Of a DNA stretch of 64,000 nucleotides, positions 13,101 to 31,400 are shown in pieces. Position 1 is the stretch's first letter. Every line of letters begins with the position of its first letter. The position numbers and the translations under genes were made by a program. The notes beneath the pieces were generated by a model. That model was not told the origin of the DNA and made no database searches. It worked only from the letters and a program-made list of their open reading frames with translations. Source of the stretch: Phoronis australis (Eukaryota > Animalia > Phoronida); assembly GCA_002633005.1 (NCBI GenBank), contig NMRA01000123.1:584656-648655 (forward strand). The letters run 5' to 3'.

Positions 13101-13998
13101 GTACTTTCCATTACGAATTCCAGACAGTGTGGAAAGAAAGTGTACCAATTCTGAATTTCCGCTCCTGTGCCTACTCAACCTGCTAAACTGGGCGAAGCGA
13201 TATTTTTTAGACACCCAATACTATATCACGTTATTTGCAATTTTCTGTTAATAATTTGGCAACAAGTGTGTAGTCGGCCTCACCAAATTATTCGGACTTC
13301 CCCGAGGTCTGTAACAGCAAGTTAGCGTTTTATCCTCACACAAGCGACCTTGAAAACTATATTTGTTCTTCACACCTCCCCAACAGGGGTCAGTAGTCTT
13401 GATACAGTTTCCTTTCTTGGCGAGGTGACATTTGTAATTCGCTGAAATGTCAGAGACGTATTAGTACAACCGAGAAGTCGAGTCGCATCCTCCAATAGTT
13501 GTCCCTCATGTTTCAATTTTCGTTTTCGCATAAATTGAGAAAAGTAATTTCTAATTTTACACATTGTATGGAACAACTTAAAAAGTCGGCAAGATCTACA
13601 CGAGTTCGCAGGACAATCTCCTAACGTTCTTTGCTTGTAACAACTGAAACATTGCCGCCGACTGAGTGGCCGATTGGTATACTTTCATCCACTCACGTGC
13701 CTACTACTACGTTCTCGACTGTTCCACTGCACACTCCAAAGGTCATCCAGTTGAGCCTTGATCATCTTGAACCCGTGAATATCAGTATGTTTAACTGTCA
13801 TACCTGTAGTAATTTCGAAAATAGGGTCATTTCCACTGAACGCAACACTAAGTGTTGAAATGCCAAAAGTCGATCTTGGCTGCGCGAGACAATTTTAACT
13901 TTTGAAAGTGAGCTTGAAAACAACTACTTACCTTGGACAAAGAATAGCAGACATGTACCAATAATTGCCACGGCAAAAAATACGTTTGAAACCGACAT
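1079..13998 (-). CDS. GALM: Aldose 1-epimerase / galactose mutarotase (GALM-like), 10 coding exons, 411 aa, with N-terminal signal peptide and pro-segment
   Basis: Exons in transcript order: 13998-13932, 13803-13697, 10307-10234, 9227-9097, 8502-8330, 7720-7511, 5867-5783, 4569-4431, 2955-2784, 1156-1079. All introns are GT-AG with matching phases; total 1236 nt. Family motifs: DIVLGYD, YFGATIGRVCNRI, LHGG, GFPG, TPVNLCNHAYFNLAG, IPTG, GFDNNY, TDQPGMQFYTGN, FAMETQNYPDAVNH, FPDSILQPG. Confidence 0.95.
2784..2955 (-). CDS. GALM: GALM-like exon 9 (SGRLMEVYTDQPGMQFYTGN...METQNYPDAVNHY)
   Basis: Catalytic Glu motif ETQ; CAG/GTAAGT boundaries. Confidence 0.95.
4431..4569 (-). CDS. GALM: GALM-like exon 8 (KLKAVKNTVYDL...GFDNNYCL)
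   Basis: GFDNNY motif; TAG/GTGAGT boundaries. Confidence 0.93.
5783..5867 (-). CDS. GALM: GALM-like exon 7 (GSRVTVDK...DDHIPTG)
   Basis: IPTG motif; TAG/GTAGGG boundaries. Confidence 0.88.
7120..7470. mobile_element. Decayed fold-back MITE
   Basis: Imperfect inverted arms: TTTCTAGTCCAGTTTTGCACTTGATGACCC (~7212-7241) vs GGGGTCATTAAGTAAAACTATGATTAGAAA (~7342-7371), extending outward through TGTGCGC/GCGCACA. Confidence 0.45.
7511..7720 (-). CDS. GALM: GALM-like exon 6 (YIWKA...GFPG...NHAYFNLAGQ)
   Basis: Catalytic His motif NHAYFNL; CAG/GTATAA boundaries. Confidence 0.95.
8330..8502 (-). CDS. GALM: GALM-like exon 5 (YFGATIGRVCNRI...LHGGKHGFDR)
   Basis: Substrate-binding NR and LHGG motifs; CAG/GTGGGT boundaries. 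Confidence 0.95.
9097..9227 (-). CDS. GALM: GALM-like exon 4 (FTFKNVNG...PDKDGHFEDIVLGYDNLA)
   Basis: DIVLGYD motif, CAG/GTATGA boundaries. Confidence 0.93.
9331..9520 (+). mobile_element. tRNA-derived SINE-like element
   Basis: Pol III A-box-like TAGCCTAGTGTG (9340) and B-box GGTTCGAGTCC (9384); no acceptor-stem closure, followed by an unrelated body; 3' end approximate. Confidence 0.55.
10234..10307 (-). CDS. GALM: GALM-like exon 3 (VSLPSGGFIHKELFGISKSGDHVYR)
   Basis: CAG/GTACGT boundaries; FG-x4-G-x2-V pattern typical of the GALM N-terminus. Confidence 0.85.
13697..13803 (-). CDS. GALM: GALM-like exon 2 (GMTVKHTD...NSRERSSRH pro-segment)
   Basis: CTACAG acceptor, GTGAGT donor, open frame; phase 1 to phase 0 links exon 1 to exon 3. 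Confidence 0.7.
13932..13998 (-). CDS. GALM: GALM-like exon 1 (signal peptide MSVSNVFFAVAIIGTCLLFFVQ)
   Basis: ATG at 13998, hydrophobic 22-aa stretch, GTAAG donor, phase 1 matching the next exon. Confidence 0.75.
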
Positions 13999-14160
13999 GA
14001 CTTCTTCGCTCCACTGATGAACTAAGCAGCCGTGTGGTTTTAGTTAGTGTAAAATCCCCGTGGCCGTAATGCGCCACCCGGGGGCACACTGCTAGAGCAA
14101 TGGCAGTCCGTACGCAGCAAGCGTGTTAAGACACATACCAATTTGAAACAGTGCAAGAGG

Positions 14161-14203
14161 NNNNNNNNNNNNNNNNNNNNNNNNNNNNNNNNNNNNNNNN
14201 NNN
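14161..14203. other. Assembly gap (43 N) next to a poly-C run
   Basis: N run directly visible, followed by the MITE-like end CCTGGATCCACCCCTG. Confidence 0.99.
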
Positions 14204-15474
14204 NCCCCCCCCCCCCCCCAACTCAAATCCTGGATCCACCCCTGTTTACAACTTCAGTTTCACAAAAAGGACGCCTTGAAATTCGAATGGGATCATTCCG
14301 TCCCAGAAAGGTGCAGTTAGTTGCCTTCACTGATGAGCCGCGTTTTTGCTCGTACGCACACGCAGACGCAGTAACCCCGGGAATCCGACAAACCTTGCTT
14401 TCGATTATTCAGAGGTCACGTTTGTCGTAATCAGCCAGTTGGATGAACACGAAGTCTTTACAAAGGACTGTGAGTAAAGACAGATAACGATAAATCATGT
14501 CATATATTTACACACTGCATTGTCTGGCTTTAGCCACAATACTCATTCTGTTCATGCCATCAGATAACTGTGGCCTTTGTTCTTGGGGTAATCGTAGGCA
14601 TCGATGAATAATCCCAAACAATTGGAATTATCTCTACTCTAACTGTACAGAACAAATTATGTACTTTGGTGGTGACACTGGATTCAGTGCACTGCTCTCC
14701 CCTTATTCTCCAGCATGGAATTCCTTATGATGATTACGACAGAAATCGGGACGTAGTCATCCCGCAAGACGATGATTAACAGCTGGGAATGATGTATTGG
14801 TCCTAAGCATTCTGAATCGAAATCCTCGGGCGACCGGGAGAGACAAATTAGAAAGTGAGTCGAAAGTTGTAGCGACAAGGGCACAATTTAGCGAAGTTGG
14901 ACTTGCTGTTGCCTCTTTTTTGTTGTTAATTCAACATCTTCGTGGAATGGGACTAGTCACCCAATGTGTTATTAACATTGACAGTACCTGGCATTTTGGC
15001 CATATTTGATTGGCAGAAAATATGAAAAATGACGTCTTATTATACATTGTAATTGTATGTGAAAGAACAGAATAGCCTTACATTCGAAAAACTAATTATT
15101 TCGCCTACAAGCCCGTAACACAGTAGCACAGAGAGCGCCCAGAGGGCGCAAAGACTGACAATATACCACTTGTCTGCTACCAAACTAAACTGGATAAGTT
15201 TGACGAAACTGAACTGCCACCTAGGGGCACAAGTAGTCTCACATAAATCCTACGAATCTCAGACGGATCCTCGATGTTCAGTAAATATGGCGTCAAGGGA
15301 AATGGGACAAAAATGACCCTGCTTCTCATCTATTCCGGGAGAATGCATTTTACCTTTTAGCAGTAATTACAGCCCGCAGGCATGAACAATTAGGGTCCAC
15401 GCACGATCAGCTTTACACCATCTGTTTCTGTCAGATCGAAATTAACAGTTGGGTACTAGTTATTACATAATGTA

Positions 15475-15480
15475 TTTATT
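15475..15480 (-). terminator. Candidate polyadenylation signal for ARF
   Basis: AATAAA on the minus strand about 1.37 kb downstream of the ARF stop; usage not demonstrated. Confidence 0.35.
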
Positions 15481-16847
15481 TCTATTTACAAGACTGTTAA
15501 CATTTGACATTTCCACTGAAGGTTGGTTGAATACAACTCGCCTCGGCCTCTATACAGATAAGTACCCAACAAACCACTGAAAACAATACACTGTAAACAT
15601 GTTTAATACCATCCATAATAATAATCAAACCTTTGAATTTTTTCTATCAAACTTTGGCAAATTCAGGGCCATGACCTATCGCGTATGGAATAGTTTCTAA
15701 CAATAAAAAATAATTGAAGTTTACTGCAAATCAGACCAGAGATACAAGCAGTGTGTTTTTCGACCATACACAAACGTCTTCCTCAGATCCAAAATATGAG
15801 CACAAAGGTATGCTTCAGATGACCGCTCTGTGCAACACAACAAATAAATTGATAAATCAGAATGCTAATCATCTGACAGATAGCACAAATTATCCACAAA
15901 TTCTCACAAGCCTAGTAGACTAACACCAGAATGTATTACAAGCCCTTATGGCAAAACTGGAAACTTGAAGAAAACCAAGACAAGTTTATACACACAGGTT
16001 ATGCTTGACTCAAAATTCACTAGGTGGCGCTGATGGGGCATTACCAGGATCAGAGACCTACATGACCTGAATGCGCTCATTTCAACAGCTGGAACCGTTG
16101 ATTCGGGAGCAAAGCGCAGTGATTTTTTAAGTTTCTCTCTGATGTATCTCAACTAGCAAATCTTCACCACCAAATCACTACAAAAGGCCCTAATGTAGGA
16201 AATTTAGACTATCAACAACAACCACAGATGTAGCCAGCACCCCATCAATGTGTATGGCATAAAAAAATTCTACAAATTGCACAACTCAATAAGATTCAAA
16301 CAAAAGACAAGTGAAGAGTCCAATACAAATATTACATAGAAGGAGGACAGTGCCCAGCTGGAGCAAGCCAAACGACCAAAAACGGGTAACAAATGTCTTA
16401 GATAGAACTTGGTAATGAATGCGAATCCACTTTAGACAGTGTTTAGACACACATTGCTAGGAGGATACTGTTTGGTTTGTGGTACTTGTGCAAGCTCGTT
16501 TCGGCAACTAAAAAGACAGCTCCATTCTTAAGCACTCTACGGATACATTACCATACAAAGCGCATGAAATACATCTAGAAGTTTGGATACTGGATCAAAT
16601 GGCTTACCAATACTAACCAGCTGTGGACCATCATGGAAATTAGTAAAGGCAGGAATTAGTGAACAATGCAGGCACAAGTTTATCACTGGAACCATGCAAC
16701 ATGCGATATTCCTTTGGAAATGCTGAATTCAACAACTGGTTTGAGTCAGCTCCTCGTTTGCTGACATAATGTGGAAATGATCCGAACGATAAATACGGGC
16801 AGAATGTCTCTAGCATCGAGTTGTGCAGAATTTTTACATAAGGAGCA

Positions 16848-25012
<8,165 letters not shown>

Positions 25013-25120
25013 GATGAAACGCTCGCTGGATACCAAAGTCGTTGAGTAAAACCACGCGGTCACACTTGCCAAATTTGCTTGCCCAAGTTAAAACCGTTTA
25101 ATGAGTGATACAGAACACTT

Positions 25121-25186
25121 TGCCACGTCAGTTCGAACACCGAGTTTCTGAGTGACGTCGCAAAATGGTGGAAACTCCCACAATGC
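25121..25186. promoter_or_regulatory. ARF proximal promoter motif cluster
   Basis: TGACGTGGCA on minus (25121-25130; UPRE/CREB3-XBP1 type), CRE-like TGACGTCG (25153), YY1-like AAAATGGTGG (25162), Staf/ZNF143-like CTCCCACAATGCC (~25175); 110-175 bp upstream of the ATG. Confidence 0.5.
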
Positions 25187-26146
25187 CATATCTGCCGTTA
25201 GATGTCGCGCATCGTCAGAATGAACTGAGGGCCGAAGCCGCCAATGCTAGCTGCCGTAGGCGCGAATTCAGGCACGCGCAGTTCACATTCACTGGTTCAG
25301 TTCTAGATATGGAATGCCATTTCCAGCACAGGACCTTTTTATTCTACTGTTAGAGCTCGAAACTCCAAGTTTTCACAGGATTAGCCGCGAGAGTTTGCAC
25401 TAATGAATTTCTGGTTGTCTGCTCCCGGCCTTCACTAAGTTAGTCGACTGAGCTAGTAGTGTTGATCGAGTTGTTAAATAGGCCTAAGGTAAGCTTCATT
25501 GCTTCGTTCCATTGTATCATTTCTTGTCACTTAACGAGTTAACTTTCAGTGTCACTTTTGTAGTTAAGAGTGTGTGTTTATATGCTTGTTTTCAGTCGTT
25601 TCCAACATTTGCCGGTGCAATGCAACGGTCTACCTCATTGCCCACTCTTTTGTTAAAAAGATGTCTCAGTGAGCAGAAATGGTATATATCGAATTAGGCC
25701 TAGCTATATCCATGAAATAAATTTAAAACGTCAAAATTTTACCTTGTAAAAGAACTCTTTGTGTTACTGACAGCTTACTACTTACTTGGCTGCCCGTCCC
25801 TCTCTGCCGGGCGGAGTGTCCCACTTTTTGCCGAACTTTTCCCGCCATACCAGCAAAATGTGCCCGCTAATTTTTGACGCATGGGTGAATTTGTCTCACG
25901 ACTGAATGACCCATGCCAATTTCTGTAAGTCTGCCATGACATTGCTGCGGAGTGGAACCCACTCCTTCGCCGCGCTCCTAGTCCAACGCTCTCATGGCTA
26001 ACCATGAAAAACGGCCTATAATTTAAAGCTTATTGAAATAGCAAAGTCACTGGCCATGGTTTCAGCAAGTGTCTGGCAGAAAACAGCGACAATGACGAAT
26101 TTCAATGAAACCATCAAACACAATGGATAGTATTTAAGAGCTCTAA

Positions 26147-26382
26147 GGCCCCTTCCAAGAAAATGACTAAATTCATTTTAGACTTAAAAGTTTAACATTT
26201 GTCTCAACTTCCAAGAAATGAAACTCCCACGTCTGATAAGTTACGCAAACTTAAGACAAAACTTTGTCAAAACTTTAAGTCAAACTTAAGATCTCTTTCT
26301 TGAAACAGACTTTAGTTTTATCTTAAAATATACAGAAATTGAAGATTTTTCTTTGCTAACTCAGTTTTCTTGAATCGGGGAC
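26147..26382. mobile_element. Harbinger/Tourist-like MITE
   Basis: Ends GGCCCCTTCCAAGAAAA ... TTTTCTTGAATCGGGGAC form imperfect TIRs; internal AAACTTAAG repeats. Confidence 0.45.
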
Positions 26383-27472
26383 ATTGTCAACATTGATTAG
26401 GCCAAGAAGTCCAATGAAAGGGATCCCACGTGGACACCCTAACCGGTTGAGATTGGGCAAATCGACTGGTTTGCACACCACAGAATCTGCCGATTCAGAT
26501 CAAAGACACCACGCAGCTGTGGTTAATTAAATCGCCTCAGGCTGTTTGTTATATCGTTCTCTATATAATGGGACCATCATAAATTCATTACAATACAACA
26601 GGACTTTTATATTTTCGTTTTGAACATTTGTAAATAACGTATTTGAATAGTTCGTGAAAAGCATGCGTGATTAAGTTCTTGAATTTTGAAGAAATGTGAC
26701 TTTTATAACCTAAAACTTCGTCAAGTCTGTTGGGTGCGCAACTTAATTGGGCCATTTACCGAACCACAATGCGACATTTGGATGTTGAGGTAAGCCAAGT
26801 GTCATGGCACAATTCTTGGCATGCCGTATGTAAACCCAAAATACGTGTTCGTGTTGTAAAACCGATGAAGATGGCTAAGTTTTAAATTACTGAGGCCGGT
26901 GTTCACATGTGATACACCGAAACGATCGAATCATAAGACGGTTGCAAAGGACCATACGTAATTATTTCTCCAGTTCTTTCGGCTCTATTGATAGACTTGA
27001 TAACTAGCGATAGAGATAGTGACAAAGTGGAATGAAGACGAATTTGGGCGGTTCCAGTGTTAAGGTACTACAAACACGTCATCTGTCAAGAAATCTGTTA
27101 CATGTCTGGGTCTGGGGTCTGATCTCCGAACTCTGATTCGACTCAGACTCACAATCGAAACCAATTAATCACGCGATATGATTCGGGTACAAACCCGTAA
27201 GTTTACTCCAAGCCTTTCATGCCCGGCATTGGATAATTTTCAAGTCGAGTTTCGCGTTTCGGGCCCTGGTGTCGATGTCTGATGTCTGGACTAATGGGAT
27301 CAGGTTCGGCGTATGTTTATTTTGTAAACCTAAAAAGCCACTTGTGAAACGTATTGTAATAATATCTTTTTATTGATAGTTGTTACTGATGATCACTGGG
27401 CTTGATGCAAAATCGAAATGACTTCCCGCCGCGATCGGAGGAGTTCTCCATGATCCCGTTGTCCGCCGTGGT

Positions 27473-27602
27473 TCATGGGCGGCGCAGCACTGAAAAAAGT
27501 AAGGGGCTATAGCTCCCCCCCCCCCTAGCCCCCCTGTGGTGCAACGCCCATAGACCATGGGGGGCGTAGCGCTGAAAAAAGTGGGGGGGCTATAGCTCCG
27601 CA
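27473..27602 (+). repeat. Short GC-rich MITE-like repeat (two adjacent copies)
   Basis: CATGGGCGGCGCAGCACTGAAAAAAG...GCAACGCCCAT; an inverted copy occurs at ~41590-41721 (TTTTTTCAGTGCTGCGCCGCCCATGA). Confidence 0.65.
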
Positions 27603-28357
27603 GTAGCCGATCGTTTTCAACTGACCCAAATAACACGCGTTTTGATGTTATTTTAAAACAACATAAATTATTTAAATGGTTGAAGACACATTGCCTTGAA
27701 TTCAGCGATTGTCTGGCATGTTAAAGAGGTGAAAATTATTAATCACAAAAGCACAACGGATTCTTTTGCTTTGTAGTTATGATCAATTTTTTTCAGCCTT
27801 AAAGCGATAAAAGTCCTTTAATTGGGCTTTCATTTCTTTGAAAAAGTGTTGTTTGTTTATGTTGTATTGTTCTGTCATAGTTAATGATATTCTCTTGTGT
27901 GTGGTGATTTAGATTGTGCAACTGACTTAAATGAAGTAACGGGAAGAATTGTCGTTGCTACTTCTTTCTCTTGCTTTGAACCCCTTCTCCAAAACATCAA
28001 CAAGTTTGACTGCAGTCACTCCCTTCACGTATTTCGGGAGTTCGTGTTCACGCCTTCTATAAGATAATGTTTTTCATTCATTTCAGAGAGGTAATTATTC
28101 TTATGCTTACGTTTGTTGTGCGGGAACGACACTTATGAGTGGGCTATGCTATGTTGTGCGAATCACTGCACTTGAAACTGTCCACAGAGCCCTTTGAACG
28201 CATTGTATCTGGTTTTGAAGGCGAAGTGAACCCACCTGAAAGATAACAACAAGGTCAACATTCTTCCTCATATATCGAGGACTTCTGAACTGGCTAGCGT
28301 TATAGCTCAGAGCCTCGTATCGAGACATAAGAGACGGGTGTATTCAACGATCTCAAC

Positions 28358-28418
28358 ATGAGTGTGTGGCCTTGCGTAAAACAGTTGGCCACCCTGCTGT
28401 CAGTAATTACATTAACTG
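28358..28418 (+). CDS. CUB receptor exon 1 (signal peptide MSVWPCVKQLATLLSVITLT)
   Basis: CAACATG start context; GTGAGT phase-1 donor fits the first CUB exon; separated from it by a 12.4 kb intron, so the linkage is inferred. Confidence 0.65.
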
Positions 28419-31400
28419 GTGAGTTAGATTTATTTGGATCTCTTATACAAGTACTGTACATGAGCGAAGACCCTGTCCAGGTTCACAGTACCGTCCCAGT
28501 GGTTTGTACCCGTGGTGGCTTTAGTGTACACGGCCACTGTCGCTCGCAATGAAATGCCGTGATTACTTCGTTTAGGTTTTCGTAGTATATACAGTGTACA
28601 TCACATTTTTATTTTTGCGACAAGTTCCGTAGCCGCTATCGCTTCGTGGGAATGTCTCCAAAAACAGCTGTATTGTTCGCTTATTCATTGACTTGAAACG
28701 TTTTATGAAGAAGTTTGTAGATCAAAATTGTATCCGTCTTTAATCCACCACTTTTTGATATAAATTATCTGAAGTAACTAGCAACTGTCAATTCATGAAA
28801 GTACATATTTTCGGAAACTTGGGAACAGAGACAAACTGAATGTAATCGTGTCTTTCATAACAATGTTCCGTTCTCATGGTGAGTGCATTTTTGGCAAACT
28901 GTCGTTTTTTGAAAGCTGCGTTTATAAGGGAAAGGTCCTTTCACCAGCATTCACCAAATTTTCTGTATTAAAAGTTTGATAGAATTTTTCAAACCCGTGT
29001 CTGGTATTTTCCATACTTATAGCGCCGATGTGTTAAAATTATAACAGGGTTATAGGTTAGTTTCAACAATACGGGAAATATTAAAGACCATTCAACGTAA
29101 CTGTAAAGTGGACCCTTTCGCATGCGTGTTTTTTTTTTTTTGTGAAAAGGACCATTTTGTTGAGAGCTTTGCCAGAAAAGGCACTTTGTGTAGGGAAATT
29201 GGTCGTGAAAAGATCACCTCTGAACGACACGCTCCGTATACAATGTACCTCTTCCATATAGGAGTGCCTGATGGGTTCGTCACTTTAGTGGGTTTTCGGA
29301 GTTGCGTACCCACTTGAACCAAGAACTGACTATCGAATAATAAGTGAACTACATTTTTAGAGAAAAAACATTTACAACCTCCGGTCCAACTTTGGGTTAA
29401 CCGAGCAAACGAGGAAGGCACCCACTCCTCCATCGTTGATTTTTAGCGAACGTAATTACCACAACACTCATGTTTAGTCCTGATAAGGACAACAGTGGGC
29501 AACCTCCGGGGTGCAGCCAATTACAAAATTGGAAAATTATACTAAGACGCTGTGGCCAAAGAGTGAGCGTTTGAACTTGGTTTTTGACAAAACCTGTTAA
29601 CTAGAAAAAGAGTTAAGCCAACATTTGCAAACATAGCAAAATATATGTAATTCGATACTGCCCTTTTGCTTCCATACATCAATGGATCCCGCTAATCAAT
29701 GTCAGTAAACTTCATATTTAAGGAAATGAAAGTTAATGCGTCAATACTACTACATGATATATGACAACTGGAACGAACTTTTGTACCGCTATTCAGCCGT
29801 GTATTTTATTTCTTTCGAAAAGAAAGGAAGTATAAAACACTTAGCAAAACGATATTTCTTTTCATGACTTTTTATTTTAGTTCATAGTTGTCACAGCAGT
29901 ACGAAGCTATTTAAATTGCTTGGATTGTATTTATTCTGGAAGTCTTTCAGTGTACACCTTTTTTGCTGCGAATTCACTCCAACATGAGTAAAATGAAATA
30001 GAGCACGACATGTAAGTTTTCATTTATTCAAAATCACATTTTTGACTTACCCTGCGTTATGAAAACTGATTATTCAAATAGTTTATTCTAATTTAGTTTA
30101 TCCAAGTCTGAAGTTTCAACTTTTGCACTTATATTGTCGCCGGGGTGAGAAGTACGCTATCTGTGAACTAACTCCTCGTAGGACCGGTAATCCAGGAGTA
30201 TCGCGCAGAAGGTCGTCATCTTACAGCAGGCAGGTTTCCCGCAAGTGGCCGCCTCCAAAAGTATTAATTTTTAATGTGTTACCTCTACAAAAAGATTTTG
30301 CACTTGTGGTGCATGGAGAACCAATAAAATGCTGCTGAGGATGCGACACTTCCAAAATCCACTTTTTAAAACTGAAGACAGACTGAATGTCCATGCAAAT
30401 TATTCCTTGATGTACTTGGGTAGCGCGTTTTCCGTCATGAAAAACTTGTTAAGGACACGATCCTTGAGGTTGTTTATTCCGTGAGTACGCTTAGAATAAA
30501 GTTCGACATTCAACAGAACATTGGTAAAGTAACTGATCAAGAGACATGATTAAAAGACACACGATATTTCGAAACATACATGTACTTGTTTCATTCTCAA
30601 GTGGAAATAAAACCGACGGAGTAAAACAACCGCTGAGCAAAACCAGTAACAGGTTTTCGAAATATCGTGTCATTTGTGAGCATTATAGACAGCGAGAGAT
30701 TTAAAGAAGAATGCCACCCAAAAACAACCTATTTTGTATCAATTTAACTCGAGTAGTGCTACTCGATAACGGCACTTTCGGTTGCGTTACCTGACACCTG
30801 ACGGCAGACGGATGTGTTGAAATTGTCCAATGACGTCATTGGTTTCACACGCAGTCTGTTCAGCAGTTCACAACACGGGTTACTGGTGTCAGCTTATTGC
30901 TTGAATTCATCTTTAAACGCCAATAAATCATCAAACTTCGATGTAAAACCCTTAAAAATACACCGAGTTCTTATAAAACCGTGTCGTTTTATTTCGCTGT
31001 TACAGATTTATTGGTATTTGGACACACCGTAGCCTACAAAGTTCGGCAGGCCAATTTACCAAGGTCCGTAGCAGGAGTTTGGAGTCTGTTCGGAGATAAA
31101 TTCGAAGTATTTTTCCGTGAGATATAGACAGGAAAACCTAGATCTGTTTTGTTTAGACGTGTGATTTTTTGAGTTCTAAACACTCAAAACGCTTGTTATC
31201 CCGGCCACTGGCTCGGAACCCGATCAGTCCCGTCGCGGCCGGATTGAAGACATCACGAACATAAACCAGCCAAGGTTGGAAACTAAACTTCCAGTCAAGA
31301 AAATACTGTACTACTGAGCCAAAGAAGTAATGTGCACGTGATTATGTTGGTGAATTAGCCCAAGAAACCGCAAATCTACTTACTCGTCAGGGGCCGCGAA

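Noticed and set aside
14329-14360. CTGATGA hammerhead-like core (also at ~27387)
   Set aside because: No correctly placed stem II plus GAAA and cleavage triplet
30047-30420. Possible antisense exon ending at a CAG|GTAAGT donor
   Set aside because: All frames are interrupted by stops and no family is recognisable
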